DNA of 64,000 nucleotides. Source: Balanoglossus misakiensis (lineage: Eukaryota > Animalia > Hemichordata). This document shows positions 43,608 to 56,800 of this stretch, piece by piece. A program made the translations under genes and the position numbers. The DNA lies in contig CM082576.2 in assembly GCA_040954595.2 (NCBI GenBank), positions 13,457,129-13,521,128 on the forward strand. Direction: 5' to 3'. The first letter of the stretch is position 1; each line of letters starts with the position of its first letter. Below the pieces are notes generated by a model. That model did not search any database. It saw nothing but the letters and a program-made list of their open reading frames with translations, and was not told the origin of the DNA.

Positions 43608-43887
43608 AGGGACAAAGTCTCTCTCTCGCTGCCCTTTTCAATTAATTATGTTTGAGAAAACACTCGTTTATGTTATTCTACATGTGGATATATAGTGAAT
43701 CAACGTTCAACCACACACTACTTTCATCCTGTTAACTGTTTGTAGACATGAGAGTGAAAATACAAGCTGGATGGAAATTGTGTGATTAAACGTTGATTCA
43801 CTATATATCCACAATGTACATTAAAATAAACGGTGTCTTGTATCAAACATAATGGGAAAAGGGTAGCGAGAGAGAGACTTTGTCCCT
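43608..43887. mobile_element. Fold-back Kolobok-like MITE, 280 bp, TTAA-flanked
   Basis: TTAA at 43604-43607 and 43888-43891. Perfect 23-bp TIR AGGGACAAAGTCTCTCTCTCGCT. Inverted similarity continues for about 120 bp per arm, including a perfect 25-bp block tgtggatatatagtgaatcaacgtt. Confidence 0.88.
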
Positions 43888-45420
43888 TTAACATAGAGAC
43901 GCACTAAACGGTGACACAGGGTGTACAAGTATACACACACACCGCAAAGACTTGAATAACTGCAGCTGCCTTTCAGAAATGTAAGCAAGGCATTCCACAA
44001 AGACGGTCAACAGTGTAAATACCACTCGCCGTTTTCTAAAATAATAATGCCCGAAAACTATAAAACCCACGAGAGGTTAAGAAGTCTTGTCCAGCGCGAG
44101 ATGTCCTCAACGTGTTCGCCCGCAAATTTCTTTAATTGTGGGCTGGAACGAAAACAAATACTGGTAAATTTGCAACAAATGGGCATAAACACTAATTTAA
44201 GACACCACTAAACAGAAAGGCTATAAAACTCTGGAATGCAAACCAATCCGAAAGAAAAAAAATGCTGGGCGATGTTTGACCTCGGAGGTCAGAAAGGTCA
44301 AATTAGGAAAGGAAATGACACATTCCTCGAATGTTGACAACTAAATGCAAAGTGGGATTGTTTTTCTTTCCGTCGAAACTGAGGTCCGGCTGGATACGAG
44401 GAAATGACCAGTCTAGTTTACTTATTTTATACTATAGAGTAATGCATTTCCTTAGTTTATACAACGATTCTTTCTCACAGTGACCGTTTTGAAGCCGAGA
44501 TACCGAAGTAATTTCTCGGACTCCTTCGAGTGCATCAAACTGAAGCCAACTCGTCATGTATTCCGCTCGCATCATCTCATAGCAGAGACAATGGCAGATA
44601 CAATGGGACGATGATCACTCTTCCCGTATCCGATACTCTTTTAAATTATCAACATTCAAATTGTTCCAGAAGATGCCTTTGGCTACACGGCCCATATTAT
44701 ACAACAGCCTTGGCCTCTGCGACACAGATGACAGCGTCGTGTATATGATGGATATTCATAGAAAAGAATCCGCAACTTTAATTTGGTGATTACTCGTGAC
44801 GTCTGACAGCAGATATATTTATCAACAGAAACGGCTTTATGTGTAGAAGACACGGGGCATGCGATATCACCAAAGAAGTGTGATTTTCCCCTCCGCTTTT
44901 CAATGTGACCTTTGTAATCAGTTAGGATAGTGTGATTGACAGATAAACCCAGAGATATAGAAGGTATCACTTACAGTGAAGATGGCGAATCGATAGCGCT
45001 CGTGAAATCCGTGTATCTTAAAAAGAGAAGACGATTCGACCCTATTTGTTACAAATGACCACCAATTATATTCCTAAAATGTCAGAAAATTTCACCACTT
45101 CCCCTGGTTGCTATGGTTGCTATAGAGACCATCCTAGAGACAAAGACAATTGTATTTCCCATCAAATTACACCTACAATCTTGTTGTTGACTAACAAATA
45201 ATTCGCAAACGTCTGTATTTTAAAATCTGTGGCTATAATTGATGGTGTTAAATGCCGATCAGATTATTCCGGAAATTGTGATTTTATTTTGGTATTTCAA
45301 ACTCATGCATCTGCATTAGGAAGTTGGTTGATATTCATATAATGGAATAAAGAAGAAAATAACTGGTATACGGTTCTGTAGCAGTTAGAATAAAGGAGAA
45401 CACCGAAATAGCAGAAGAAA

Positions 45421-45580
<160 letters not shown>

Positions 45581-48500
45581 CTCAGACAGGTTGCTTCTTA
45601 ATAAATCTATTTGAACGATGTGCTTCTTGCCTAAAGTTCATTGTAACTTTCGTGTTATGAGTCTGCCATGATGCTCTCAGTGTACAACAGGAAACCAATT
45701 TCAAGTAACCTTGTTAATTTAATTCCATGACAACCGATCTTTAACGTTTGACGGTTGAGTGTTTGATCAACTCTTTCTCAAAGGCAAAACGAAAAAGAAA
45801 AAAAAACACGAACAAGTGAAATGTAAGTGACGGTCAACGACTTATCAACTACAGTGGTAACTATCACACACAAAAATGGCCATTTTATAGCAAACTGTTT
45901 TTACTGCCAAGACATTAACATTATGCAACGTTATCCGGGAACTATCTCTATCTATTTTCCGTTGATTTTCTGGATATTAATCCCAAGAACGACTTGGTGC
46001 CTCCCGCGAATAATCGCATTTGGACGTTTCTCTCTTCACACTCCGATGTGGACAACATATCCTGTTCTCCGCTGTCTTGAATTCTTAATCCGCTTCTTCG
46101 TCCCCCCATTTCGCATTATATTTTGATTAAATTTGTCACGAATTCATCAAACCTGGCTGATATCCCTTACTGACAGAGTTTCTCCATTTCGCAAGGTCCC
46201 CTGCAGTCATCATATTCGGTTCCCCCCACACTAGGTACAGAATAGCGTATGTTCTCCTTGTATCTTTGATCCAGTACCTACATATCACACGGCTTCCGTT
46301 AGGAAACGAATATCTCGCTCAATTTACCGTATATCCCCGGGCAAGGGTTCTCCTCTTTCCGTAAAAGCAATAAATGAAGTTTTTCGCCTGAGTGGAAAAG
46401 CGGCTATATGTGTCGTTCCTGAGAGCCAGCGCCACCAAAAAAAAATACTAACACGAGTCTGACTAAAATGGCTAACGAATTTCAGCTATAATAAGAACTC
46501 GCACAGCTAGAACAATCGTTTCCGATCGTGGTGCGAAGTTTCGCGTGCAGCGGCAAGGTTAAGTGCGTTTTGGATTTGGAAAACGATCCACGTTTCCAAG
46601 GCTTTCCATTTTGGGCAGTTTCTGCTAGGTGTCGGTTGAGCGCGAATGCTGGGCCACGTGAGCATTGGTTTGGACATGCGCTTTGCGACCACAAACTCTT
46701 CGGCGATGTCATCAGCTGGAATTTAGCGAACACGGCCAAACTTTTTGATAATGATACAATTTCCAACATCCCTAATATAGCGTAGTCTTTTAAAGGGGAT
46801 ATTTTTCTATGAAAAAAAAACGAAGTCTTAATTTCACTTCAGTCGATCACTTTGAGTCAATAAAGTTGGTCGCCAAAAAAATATAGACTTAATTTTCGCA
46901 TTCAAGATTTTTTTTTGCCTTCAGAAGAAACTTTATATCATCGCAGAAAATATCTCTTTTTGTAAAATCCAATATTTTCAATAGTGTCTTTCCCACAAGT
47001 CTCCTATTCCACCCTTCTGTCCCTTATTTATTGACTCACTTTTTATTTTGACCACGGGATAATCACGTGGTACCTCCAGTTGGCTATTCGATGATTCGTT
47101 TTCTGTGCCAAAAAGGATCTTTTCGGTGCTTCTGGCGATTTCGGCTGTCGTTCTTTGAGACTAAGATAGATAGCCCCAACGTTTGGCACGTAGACGTTCA
47201 TCAGATAATGGGGGTCACCGTTTGTAGAGATCGGGTACGAATTGCATAAATAGGCTGGCATAAGATGTTGAAATTGGGCGAGAAAAGTTTCACAACTTTA
47301 AAAACGGCGAGAATTTGTTGTGTATTTGGTGTAGCATACAGACTGATCACTCGTTGTATATCGAAATATAAGATCAGAGTCTCGTGAACGCGCAATATCA
47401 CAATGTTTACAAAGGCAATGCAAACTAAAAGTACCTACTGTAGGGATATATCGAACGTTTTCTAAACTGGCCAAAAACTATTTTTTTTGTCAAAGGACTC
47501 TGATTAAAACGTTCCAGCTCTTGTGTCGAACCGTCGTCCACTTCAAAATTTCACTTATTGTTTTTGAAAATCTAGCACGCTTCCTATGAACAAAAGAAAT
47601 ATCAATAAAATTCGACATCATTTATAACAATTGCGGTTACGGATTCTCGGCCTTTGCCGGTATTTCTGCCTTGCACGTCACCAAAGATTAGGTATCATTG
47701 TCTAAGATATGCCTTAAATTGCGCAAGTTCGCTGAGAACACGATTGTACCGCGCATAATAATTTCCTCAAAGTAACGCGTGCTTTTTTTTTCGCTTGTCA
47801 CAATGTGGTGCAACAATTTTACCGTTTCAACACATTTTCTCTGTTTTAACCCCTTAATTCTAGACCAAGTGGACATCATTTTCCATTGTCTGCAGATGTT
47901 GATCAGAAGCTTAGAAAAATATGGTAAAATTTAATTTTGTGAATAGTGACGACAAGTTTGACCATGGTGCTGAAAGGTTTAAGGTTGGCTAACAAAATTG
48001 GCTAAGAAACTATAGCTCTTCAATATATGATGTCTTGGCTTCATTTAATTAATTGAATTCAGTTCCAACTTACAATCGTTCCTGTCGCACCACACACCAA
48101 CTTACTCAAAAAACTTAGTAGTGAACACTGAATTCTAACGTGTTTTCCTTGTCGTTTGGAGACCGTTGTAATCGTTGGTCGTCCGACGCCGAGCATACAG
48201 TATGTCACACCCCCCAAAAAACTATTCCAGGGCGCCAAATTATCTTAATATTACCTGGTTGATTGTGCGAAGTCCAATGTCATTATCTGACCTCCATTCG
48301 CAATAAAACAACGCATGAACAGATGAAAATTCATTTTGCCATCGTTGTCTGGGAGATGTCACCATCGGGTAGTGCTGTCACCAACACGTGCACGAACTAA
48401 CACATGCCTTATAGCCAGTGATTCTTCGCATAGACCATATGTTTTACCGTTAATTTCTCCACTGGGCAAGATCGGATGACAAACCAGATCTGCCTGGCAC

Positions 48501-51500
48501 AACGTAGCCCCGTTATACCCCTAGTTTGATTGTGCAGACGTCGACCCTTGTCTCTGAAAACAATGGGTTAGGACCACACCGTTGAGGCGAAAAGGATTGC
48601 AGCGTGGAAAGTGATAGCGGTGATGTTATAACCAATACAGGAAAATATTCAATTCGAAGTGGCAATGAGCAAAGGGCATAGCCCTGCTGCCTGTCAATTA
48701 CGTCTGGGTGTCGAACTGTACGTCGGAGATAACTTATCCAAAGAAAGAAAAAAAGGTTATAATTGGGAGAGTTTGTTTCTTTGCTACCAACTCTGCAGCC
48801 GTCAGCAAGGATGAAAACAGCGACGCCGGGAAGTATGGCAGTAATTCACACAAGCTTCAGTAATCTTTGAAATTGTTGGATTTGGATTACGTCATAACAA
48901 GAAAAGACGGAGGGGAAAATGATGACGAAGTTCAAACTCTTGCCACAAACGCAGTCTCTCCATCGCCGTGTGCCAAACGGTTCTGTTATACTAACCGTCA
49001 ATTCCGCCAAGTTCCCTCGCTTGGCTCACGTTGTCATTACAGAGCTTCCCTAGGAACTACTCAAAAACTCAAAAGTGACAATACTTTCTTCTGTCAAATT
49101 AAACTAATCGATATAGGAATAAGTCCAAGGACAGTGAGGTTTAATAATTCTAACGAGGGGATCACAAATCATTCCAGCTGTGATAATTGAACATGGCGGA
49201 TGTATCGACAAAGTTTTGAAGAAGGAACGTTGAAGAATAAGGTAGTCTGCTACATCCGCGTGATACCCCCTTAAAATTATCGGCTTGCAAAATCACACCA
49301 AACCGACTTTAAAGCTTGTAATAAATCGAACACTAGAATAGGCTATCACACCGGTGTCAAGTCCAAAAAAATTGTGATGATCGAGTTATTGGGTTTCTGG
49401 CTCATTTGTCCGTGGATTATAAAACTTTCAGAATATCAACCTCTTTGAACCACTAAGTATCCCAATTTCAAAAGAACAAACTTCGTTGATTCCATGACTA
49501 TTTAAAAAAATAAATTTAAACGAAATTGATTCTTGTTTTCTCCTGAACGGAAAGCAGTAAACTTGGTCGTTGCATATAGCTGGTCCATTGTTCAACCAAG
49601 TTAACTTAAATTTCCGCTGCAAATGATATTTTGGCTTTGTTTATTTGTGCGTGGGTTCTTTTCTTTCCCGGTGTAATATGTTACCTGTGTGAACAACGTG
49701 ACCCATAGAAATCATTGATGGGTGACCAATACGGCAAATAGACCCAACACCAAGTCAATTGACATGATTGCTAGGTGGTGTAAGACAATATGTTGCAAAT
49801 TTACAAGGCAATTTTTGGGGGTATTATTTGATACTTGTTGTGAGGTGGGATTACATTTCTGTTGTGCTGCTCAACTACTTGGCCAACATACTGTAAACGT
49901 AAGCTATACCCCTACCCTTCCAAGGGTCAAACCAATTACCAAGGGGGGGGGCGCTAATTATACGTTGTAGACATCGTCCGATGGTTGGGGAATAATTTTC
50001 TTTGACAATACTCTCGTGGCTAGCTCTTGCAGCTGAGCGGAAGGAAGATTGCAAACGGAGCAATATGTCCTCCGTCTACAAGTAATGCGGCCTTGCCGAG
50101 ACTTCGAGATGGAGTTGGTGGGTAGATGGAAATCTGGTTCAACTTCCCCGACAGCACCGGGCGTTTCACGCGATGAAATCGACACCCCATCTCTGAAAGG
50201 TGCAACACAAACGAGCCAGCCTAGGCGGCGTGAAAACAGAGCTCGGCTCACTGGCTAAGAAAAACAAAACGGGGATATTCATCTCCGCCGAGATAAACTT
50301 TCCGATCCTTGAGTTGCAAATTATGATAAACAAATCTAGCGAAATGTAAAGAGATAGTTGCCGAATAAACAAACCTAAAATGTTTATTGCCGTTTCTTTG
50401 CTTACAGCCTGACCTCCGACGCTCGCAATTTGTTAACAGTTGCGGAAGGTCTGTCTCAAATAAAACCAAATCCAAATTTCAACTTGTCAGTGTGCTGGTG
50501 TGAAATGTTTTACTGTCGAAGGAGCAGACTCAGCCCTATATCACATGCATATTCAATGTATTGAATTCAAGAAACATCAAATAACTGTCGACAAATTATA
50601 GCTCTCTTGTTCTTTCAAGTTTTTACTCTATTGAAATAAAAAAGTTGGACATTTAACTTTCGTGTTTTAATTGAAACGAAATGGGTTGTGTATTCTCGAA
50701 ACTCGCTTTTACAGAACATTTTACAAGAAGGTTCCGATTTTCTGGTACCTAAAAAGGCCGATGGTTACAAACTGAAGACAAAAAACACGCAAGTAACAAG
50801 CCCGCATCCTAACGTTATCAAAGAAGACGGGCGACAAGATTGGGTGATTCTTATGTTCTTGCCCATCACGGAAGCCCATAGACAAGAACCTATAGCCTTC
50901 GTGTTGTACTCTTCACTTTTGCTCACTCACACACAGCTGAAGCAAGTGACAAGATGTATTACGGTGGAAGATTCTTCCGAGGAGTTTATTGATCACCTGA
51001 AACACCTGCCTGACTCCGGTATAATGAAATGCGGATTGGCTTTTTCCTGGTGACATGTCAGTTTATAATTAATAGCCGGGTCATGTTCTCTTGCAACACA
51101 GACAAGAGAATGTATGGCCACAAAAAATGCCGTCTACATTCTGAATGAAATCCGATGAATATCTGTACATGGTCACTAAGCGGGACCCCCGACATTATAT
51201 GCTGAACTAACCATTCCACGCATGCGTTGTTTCTTGTCCGAAGCCTATTCTCAGCATCCATCTGCGGTTTGTCGCCATCAAATAAAAGTGTACATGTTTG
51301 CATATACATGCGTTCAACACGTGGGCATTTGTCAATAGTAGCACATGTGCGACATATGGTCTTCGGCCAATCACGCCGCATTCAACATGAATAGTGAATC
51401 GTTCCCCGTGTACCGGCATTTTCCTTTATGGTATTAATACCTACCTTATTCTTCAAATGTTGATAGTTTTAAGTCTTTGGGCCCGGTGCAATGTTTGCAC

Positions 51501-51730
51501 GTGGTACATTTATCCCCCCGTAACATCTATTATCTGCAATACAGAACATGCTTACATTTGAAACACATGGTCCATAATATATAAAAAGATCGATGATGAT
51601 TTCCATACGGCTAAATTTTAGTCCAAGTGTGGCAGTAATATTTGAAAACTGAATGCAGGGGGGAATAGACGGAAATTTAAACACCCGATTTTGTGATGTT
51701 GATTAAATCATTCCTCAGTTAGTGGACCAT

Positions 51731-51803
51731 TAGCCTAGTACCTCGCCGTATTTTGTCCGCTTTGCTTCCAAAACGACAAAATACGGCGAGGTATATTAGG
51801 CTA
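51731..51803. mobile_element. Tiny hairpin MITE, copy A (73 bp, TAG...CTA ends, 9-bp TSD)
   Basis: TSD gtggaccat at 51722-51730 and 51804-51812. Arms TAGCCTAGTACCTCGCCGTATTTTGTC and GACAAAATACGGCGAGGTATATTAGGCTA. Confidence 0.88.
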
Positions 51804-52119
51804 GTGGACCATATGATGTCCGAGCAAAGAAAGGGGAAGTCCAATAAGTGCTACCAGTATTGTATTTGAATAAGTCATTACGCCTTTGCAGCATGGTTTT
51901 CACGCAGTGTTTATCTAGCTGAAAATTTGGCAATGAATTTCATAAGCGGCGGGCAATAAAAGTTAAACAAACACTCGACGTGTTCGAGTAAATTAGTTTG
52001 CCATCAGACTTCTTCAAGTGCACAAACTGTTTAGCGCGTGTAGAAAACAATGGATACCATAAATTGGGGCACGGCGTTTTGAACAATATTATATTACACC
52101 AATACCTTCTGTTAAATAA

Positions 52120-52179
52120 TGTCTGTCTGTCTGTCTGTCTGACTGTCTGTCTGTCTGTCTGTCTGTTTCTGCCTGTCTG
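52120..52179. repeat. (TCTG)n microsatellite
   Basis: Directly visible. Confidence 0.9.
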
Positions 52180-54595
52180 TTACAACATGTAGCTAAACGT
52201 GGCCAGAAGATTTCGTGAAGATATGCTGAAGAGAAAAGTACAGAGCTAAGTAGCATTATTGTTATTTTTAACGTCCATAATCAATTGTACATCCACGTCC
52301 ATGTAGAGTGGAAGAAGCGAAATAAAGTGATTAATAACGGAATGTGAATAAACGCAAAACTAGCACATTTTGATATGTAATTACAGTTACTACGAAAAGG
52401 AACAAATTCAAGGCCTAAAAATGAAGAAAATATATTAAAATAATGTTTACAACAGGCTGCACACACAAAGGAGACTCTCGCTGGCTTTGGCGATACGTTC
52501 GGCGAGCCATCAGCGACTGCGCGTTCGGATATATACACACGTACATGTATATGGACGCGGTCTGCACAAGCACACAAGTAATTCTGATAAAATTCAGGAC
52601 GAAGAAATGTTTGACTTATATGGTTAGGGGAAAATGACGCCATATTTGAAATGTACATACACATATCTAGAACGAGATAACATTGGTCACAGAACCTGAT
52701 TGGTTTCACTGAAATGAACACTGAATGATGAGAATCACTGAGTCTTAAAACAAATATATGAAAGTGGTGGTTGGGCGATACATTTTCATCATTGTACAAA
52801 GTCATTCTATGGTTTCATCAAAATGATGTGATAAATGTACACAATCAATCATTATCGGATTTCAATGACATATCTGGTGGATTTTTATTATGAATGGTGA
52901 ATGCAGTTAACACCAATCCATACTGGTAGTATTTACGACATTTAATACCAAGTTGTCATATTTTTTTTTCGAATCACTAACATTTTTCATCTTCATTCTG
53001 ACAAGGACGATATTTTCGGAGAGGTGAAAATGTGTGCGTGTGCGCGTGCGCATTTAAGTCGCCGGAGTTTGGTGTGATTAGTATATCATGGTCGACTTAA
53101 TTTTACATCTATATAGCGATTTGTGTCAAAAGCGAGTTTTTTTTCTCGGTTTCTCTCTCTCTATTTTGTCAACTGGAAACTTAAGTACAATCTTTGAAAA
53201 ATTCGAATAAAATATGCATACCACATCGTGTTTGGGGAGTTTCGAGTAAAATTTGTAACTGGGATTTTACCGACAGAACTTTCAAATTAAATACCTACTA
53301 CGAACATTTTCAATCGAAATATAAAGCTCTCTATTTGATTTTGGCGGGAATAGTAAAGTGGCTTCTTACTCCACACATATTTTTAATGAGGTATGAAAGA
53401 CATTTCCTCTTTATTGTTATCGAGTAGAATAGTCTGTAACTTTAGTTTCGGACATGTGACCAATAGCTTCGTACATCGTGCAAACCATGAACATGTACAT
53501 AAAATAAACAAAAAACTCCCCAAAACAATCTCGGCTAACATTATTTTAATGATGTCAAGTTTATACAAGTATATATGAAGTTGTTTTACCAACCAAGAGA
53601 TGTGTACCCAAATGTATTGCTTCGTAGAAATCTTGATATATATTCATGCCTGTCTAAAAAGTTCTCTAAAATGAATTGTCTATTTAGAATTCACCTGCAA
53701 TCACTTCAGTAAGTGTGTACTAAGTCTGTTTTCGGAAGGGATTGCACAACAGCAGTTAACATTTGAATTTGCAGAATGGTCAACGATACTGCTTTTTAAA
53801 ATGAGTAATGAAAAGCGGTAACGTTCGATGAAAATCGCATGAAAGGAAAACAGACAAAGGTGATGGCGTCATCGGGGTTTGAATGTCTCTACACAAACAC
53901 CTTTGTGCGGGTGATGTGACTGTGAAGGGCTGTGTCATTGATGTTTTCCACTTTTTAATCCATCCTGGTAAATTCCTGGCCATAACATTGGTGGATTGGC
54001 GAAAGCTATCGGGCATGACGGTCATCTCTCAAAGTCAAAGACCATGAACAGACCAGACGCTGTTGGCGGGTCGTGCTGTGACTCCTGCGATAAAAAGAAA
54101 TACATATTTTTGAAATACTTGTGGCGTGGCGGTATTTTGCATTGAAATATCAGTCCAGCAACGCAGTCGATGGGATATTCGCCAATGCTGTCAGATGTCG
54201 GAACTGTATTCAAATTAAAAGTGATATAATGAAAATATGTAATTTATCGTAAATTCCTACTACATGTACTACTACCTATGGAAATTACGCTTGGAGAACA
54301 TTTTGGTACAAATAGCTGCTATGAAAGAGAGTTGTGTTGTCAGTGATGCTGGTTGGAGAGATTGGCGGATGATCAGTTCAGCCGAACCACGCACAAATCG
54401 TGTTATAAACATGTCCGGATGCAGATTGGGTGTGCGTGTTGAGAGAGAGAGTGAGAGTGGTTTCCAGAAATAGGAAATGACCACATGTTTAGCGCACAAA
54501 TGGAAATGGAAATAATATCTCTAAGAAAATATCCTGGTACGCAATCGCAATGTTATGGCGATAAACGGAAGGCACATTAACCCGGACACTACGTT

Positions 54596-54643
54596 ATTTT
54601 TTGTTGTTGAAAAATCATGATTTTTTGATGTTGAAAAATCATA
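54596..54643 (+). repeat. 24-bp tandem duplication
   Basis: attttttgttgttgaaaaatcatg is followed by attttttgatgttgaaaaatcata. Confidence 0.85.
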
Positions 54644-54647
54644 ATAG

Positions 54648-54697
<50 letters not shown>

Positions 54698-54710
54698 GCC
54701 CCTCTCTCTC
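54648..54710. repeat. (CT)n microsatellite
   Basis: Directly visible. Confidence 0.93.
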
Positions 54711-55401
54711 GCAGTAGAATCGTTTTTGAGTGACTTTAATTTCCGAGTCATCGTGATTCTATCTTGAAAAGCGCCCGTCAATCACACCATCAAATACAGA
54801 GGTGTTTCATCAGAATCTGCTCCAGACTTCTGATGGACTTATCTCAAGTCCGAAGCATTATTAATTTTCCGCAAATAAAATTGCCGTGCATATCACTTAC
54901 GACGGCACTTCCAATATAAACATCATGCACAGCCACATTCCATATATTGACATGACGTCACGGTCAATTTAAACACACACCGAGACTATGATATCATATA
55001 GCGTATCATAGATCGAGTCCATCTTAAAAATACTTGTCGCTGACACAAGATACTTAACGACAAATTCGGGCGGCAACGCAAACCGACTATCTTTCATGAC
55101 GCAGTGTTAGTCATAATGGACGCGATGACAATCAACAAAAGTATAATCACACATAAAAGATGACAGACGCAATAAACATGATGAATACACATAAATCAAT
55201 TGCTGAAGGGCCCTTGCAGCATCTGACAGTCAGTCAGTCAGTCTGATATGTCTTGTTCTGTCGCGCGGACAGCCACAAGCATAATCATACGATCACCGTA
55301 TGGCCAGTGCTACTACACGAAGAGTTGACAAAATATAAACCAATTCTTCGGCGAAGAACCAGAAATACAAATCGAGGCAGTATCAAGTGCATGGTTGGCG
55401 C

Positions 55402-55475
55402 TAGTCTAGTGTCTTGCCGTCTGCTTCGCTCTCAAAACTAAGCAAAGCGGACAAGAAAACGGCTATACTAGACTA
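55402..55475. mobile_element. Tiny hairpin MITE, copy B (74 bp, TAG...CTA ends, 9-bp TSD)
   Basis: TSD ggttggcgc at 55393-55401 and 55476-55484. Ends TAGTCTAGT...ACTAGACTA. Carries the family core aagcaaagcggacaa. Confidence 0.85.
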
Positions 55476-56739
55476 GGTTGGCGCTTGACTCCTTTTATCA
55501 GACCTCATAAGAAAGATTCTGGGACATAGTGCAGGGAACGTTGTGTTGGAGATTTAATATAAGCAACATCAAATCCTTTCAATTAAAATACGGAACGTTG
55601 AATATGTTTGGAAAATATATTTCCGGACTTGTCCATGTCGTATTTCTAGTTCGTCTCCATTTGGAAAAAAGCGCGAATAGTGACCACTTTATGTGGACAT
55701 GGATCATTTCCGAAATTTTAACAACAAAAATAAAAGGCGAATTAATATTTACATGTATGTTTGTTCATATACATGTAGTCCATGGTGTTTATCAGTTTTG
55801 TCGACTTCCGACTCGCCGCAGATACCAGCGAAGAGAATTCGGAAATTTCAAGTCAAAGGTAAGTGCCATTAGGGTTCACTGGATTCATTGTATTCGCGTA
55901 CAAGGCTGGATGACTTCGTGCGATGGTGTTCTGTTTGCGAATGCAACATATATGCCGCTGTTTATCGCTGTTTGATTGACGTCCCTGCCCCGTTATTCTG
56001 ATCTGCACATATCTCCCACGGGGTCAGACCCCACCTGGAGATCGAAAGTTACTAATAATTCTGAAGGACATAGCATAAAAAGTTTCATTGATTTGTTGAA
56101 GAGTTTTGTTTTGTGCGCGTCATTTGACCGTTTTCCCGCCATGTGCGCCATATTGGCTAGAATCCGGTAACCAGGCAACAAATCTAATGTATCGATGGAG
56201 TTGACTAAGATATCAATGCTGGCATATGTTACTCATATTATCGAAGTGAATATGTGTGGTCCGTGTTTTATTTGATTTGTTATGCGATCTCTTACAAGTT
56301 TAATGAATATTATCGATGCCACACCGATTGTGGATCGTGTTTTTTGATTGGTCAGACGGCCCGGCCTGCATAATTATAAGCGAATCAGGCGGGACGCATC
56401 AAATTTCGCCGCACACCTAGTCTACAGCTATTTATTTCACACGGTTGAATTATGACGTTGGGAGGCGAATACAATACCCAATAATTGACCTTGTAATTAA
56501 AGGAAACAAATTCATCCGTTCGCAATGCACCGAAATTTTGGCTTTTATCGTTTGGGTTTTATAGATTTGCATCGTCAACTCCAAATCTCACGTTACAGAA
56601 GTAACACACGGCGCGTTGGTTTGTCCGGGTTTCGTGCACCAGACTGTATTCAGTCTGAAAAGACACCCATGCAGAATATTGCCTGTTTAGTGAGCCTCCC
56701 TTTGAACAGAATTGAAGGCACATTGCGTATAGTTTAGAG

Positions 56740-56800
56740 TAGCCTAGTCCCAGCCGTACTTTGGAAGCAAAGCGGACAAAATACGGCTAGGACTAGGCTA
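56740..56800. mobile_element. Tiny hairpin MITE, copy C (61 bp, TAG...CTA ends, 9-bp TSD)
   Basis: TSD agtttagag at 56731-56739 and 56801-56809. Arms TAGCCTAGTCCCAGCCGTA and TACGGCTAGGACTAGGCTA. The 28 nt tttggaagcaaagcggacaaaatacggc are identical to the reverse complement of part of copy A. Confidence 0.88.

Noticed and set aside
47846-47982. TTAACCCC...AAAGGTTTAA, a possible piggyBac-like MITE
   Set aside because: The inverted match does not extend beyond a few bases.
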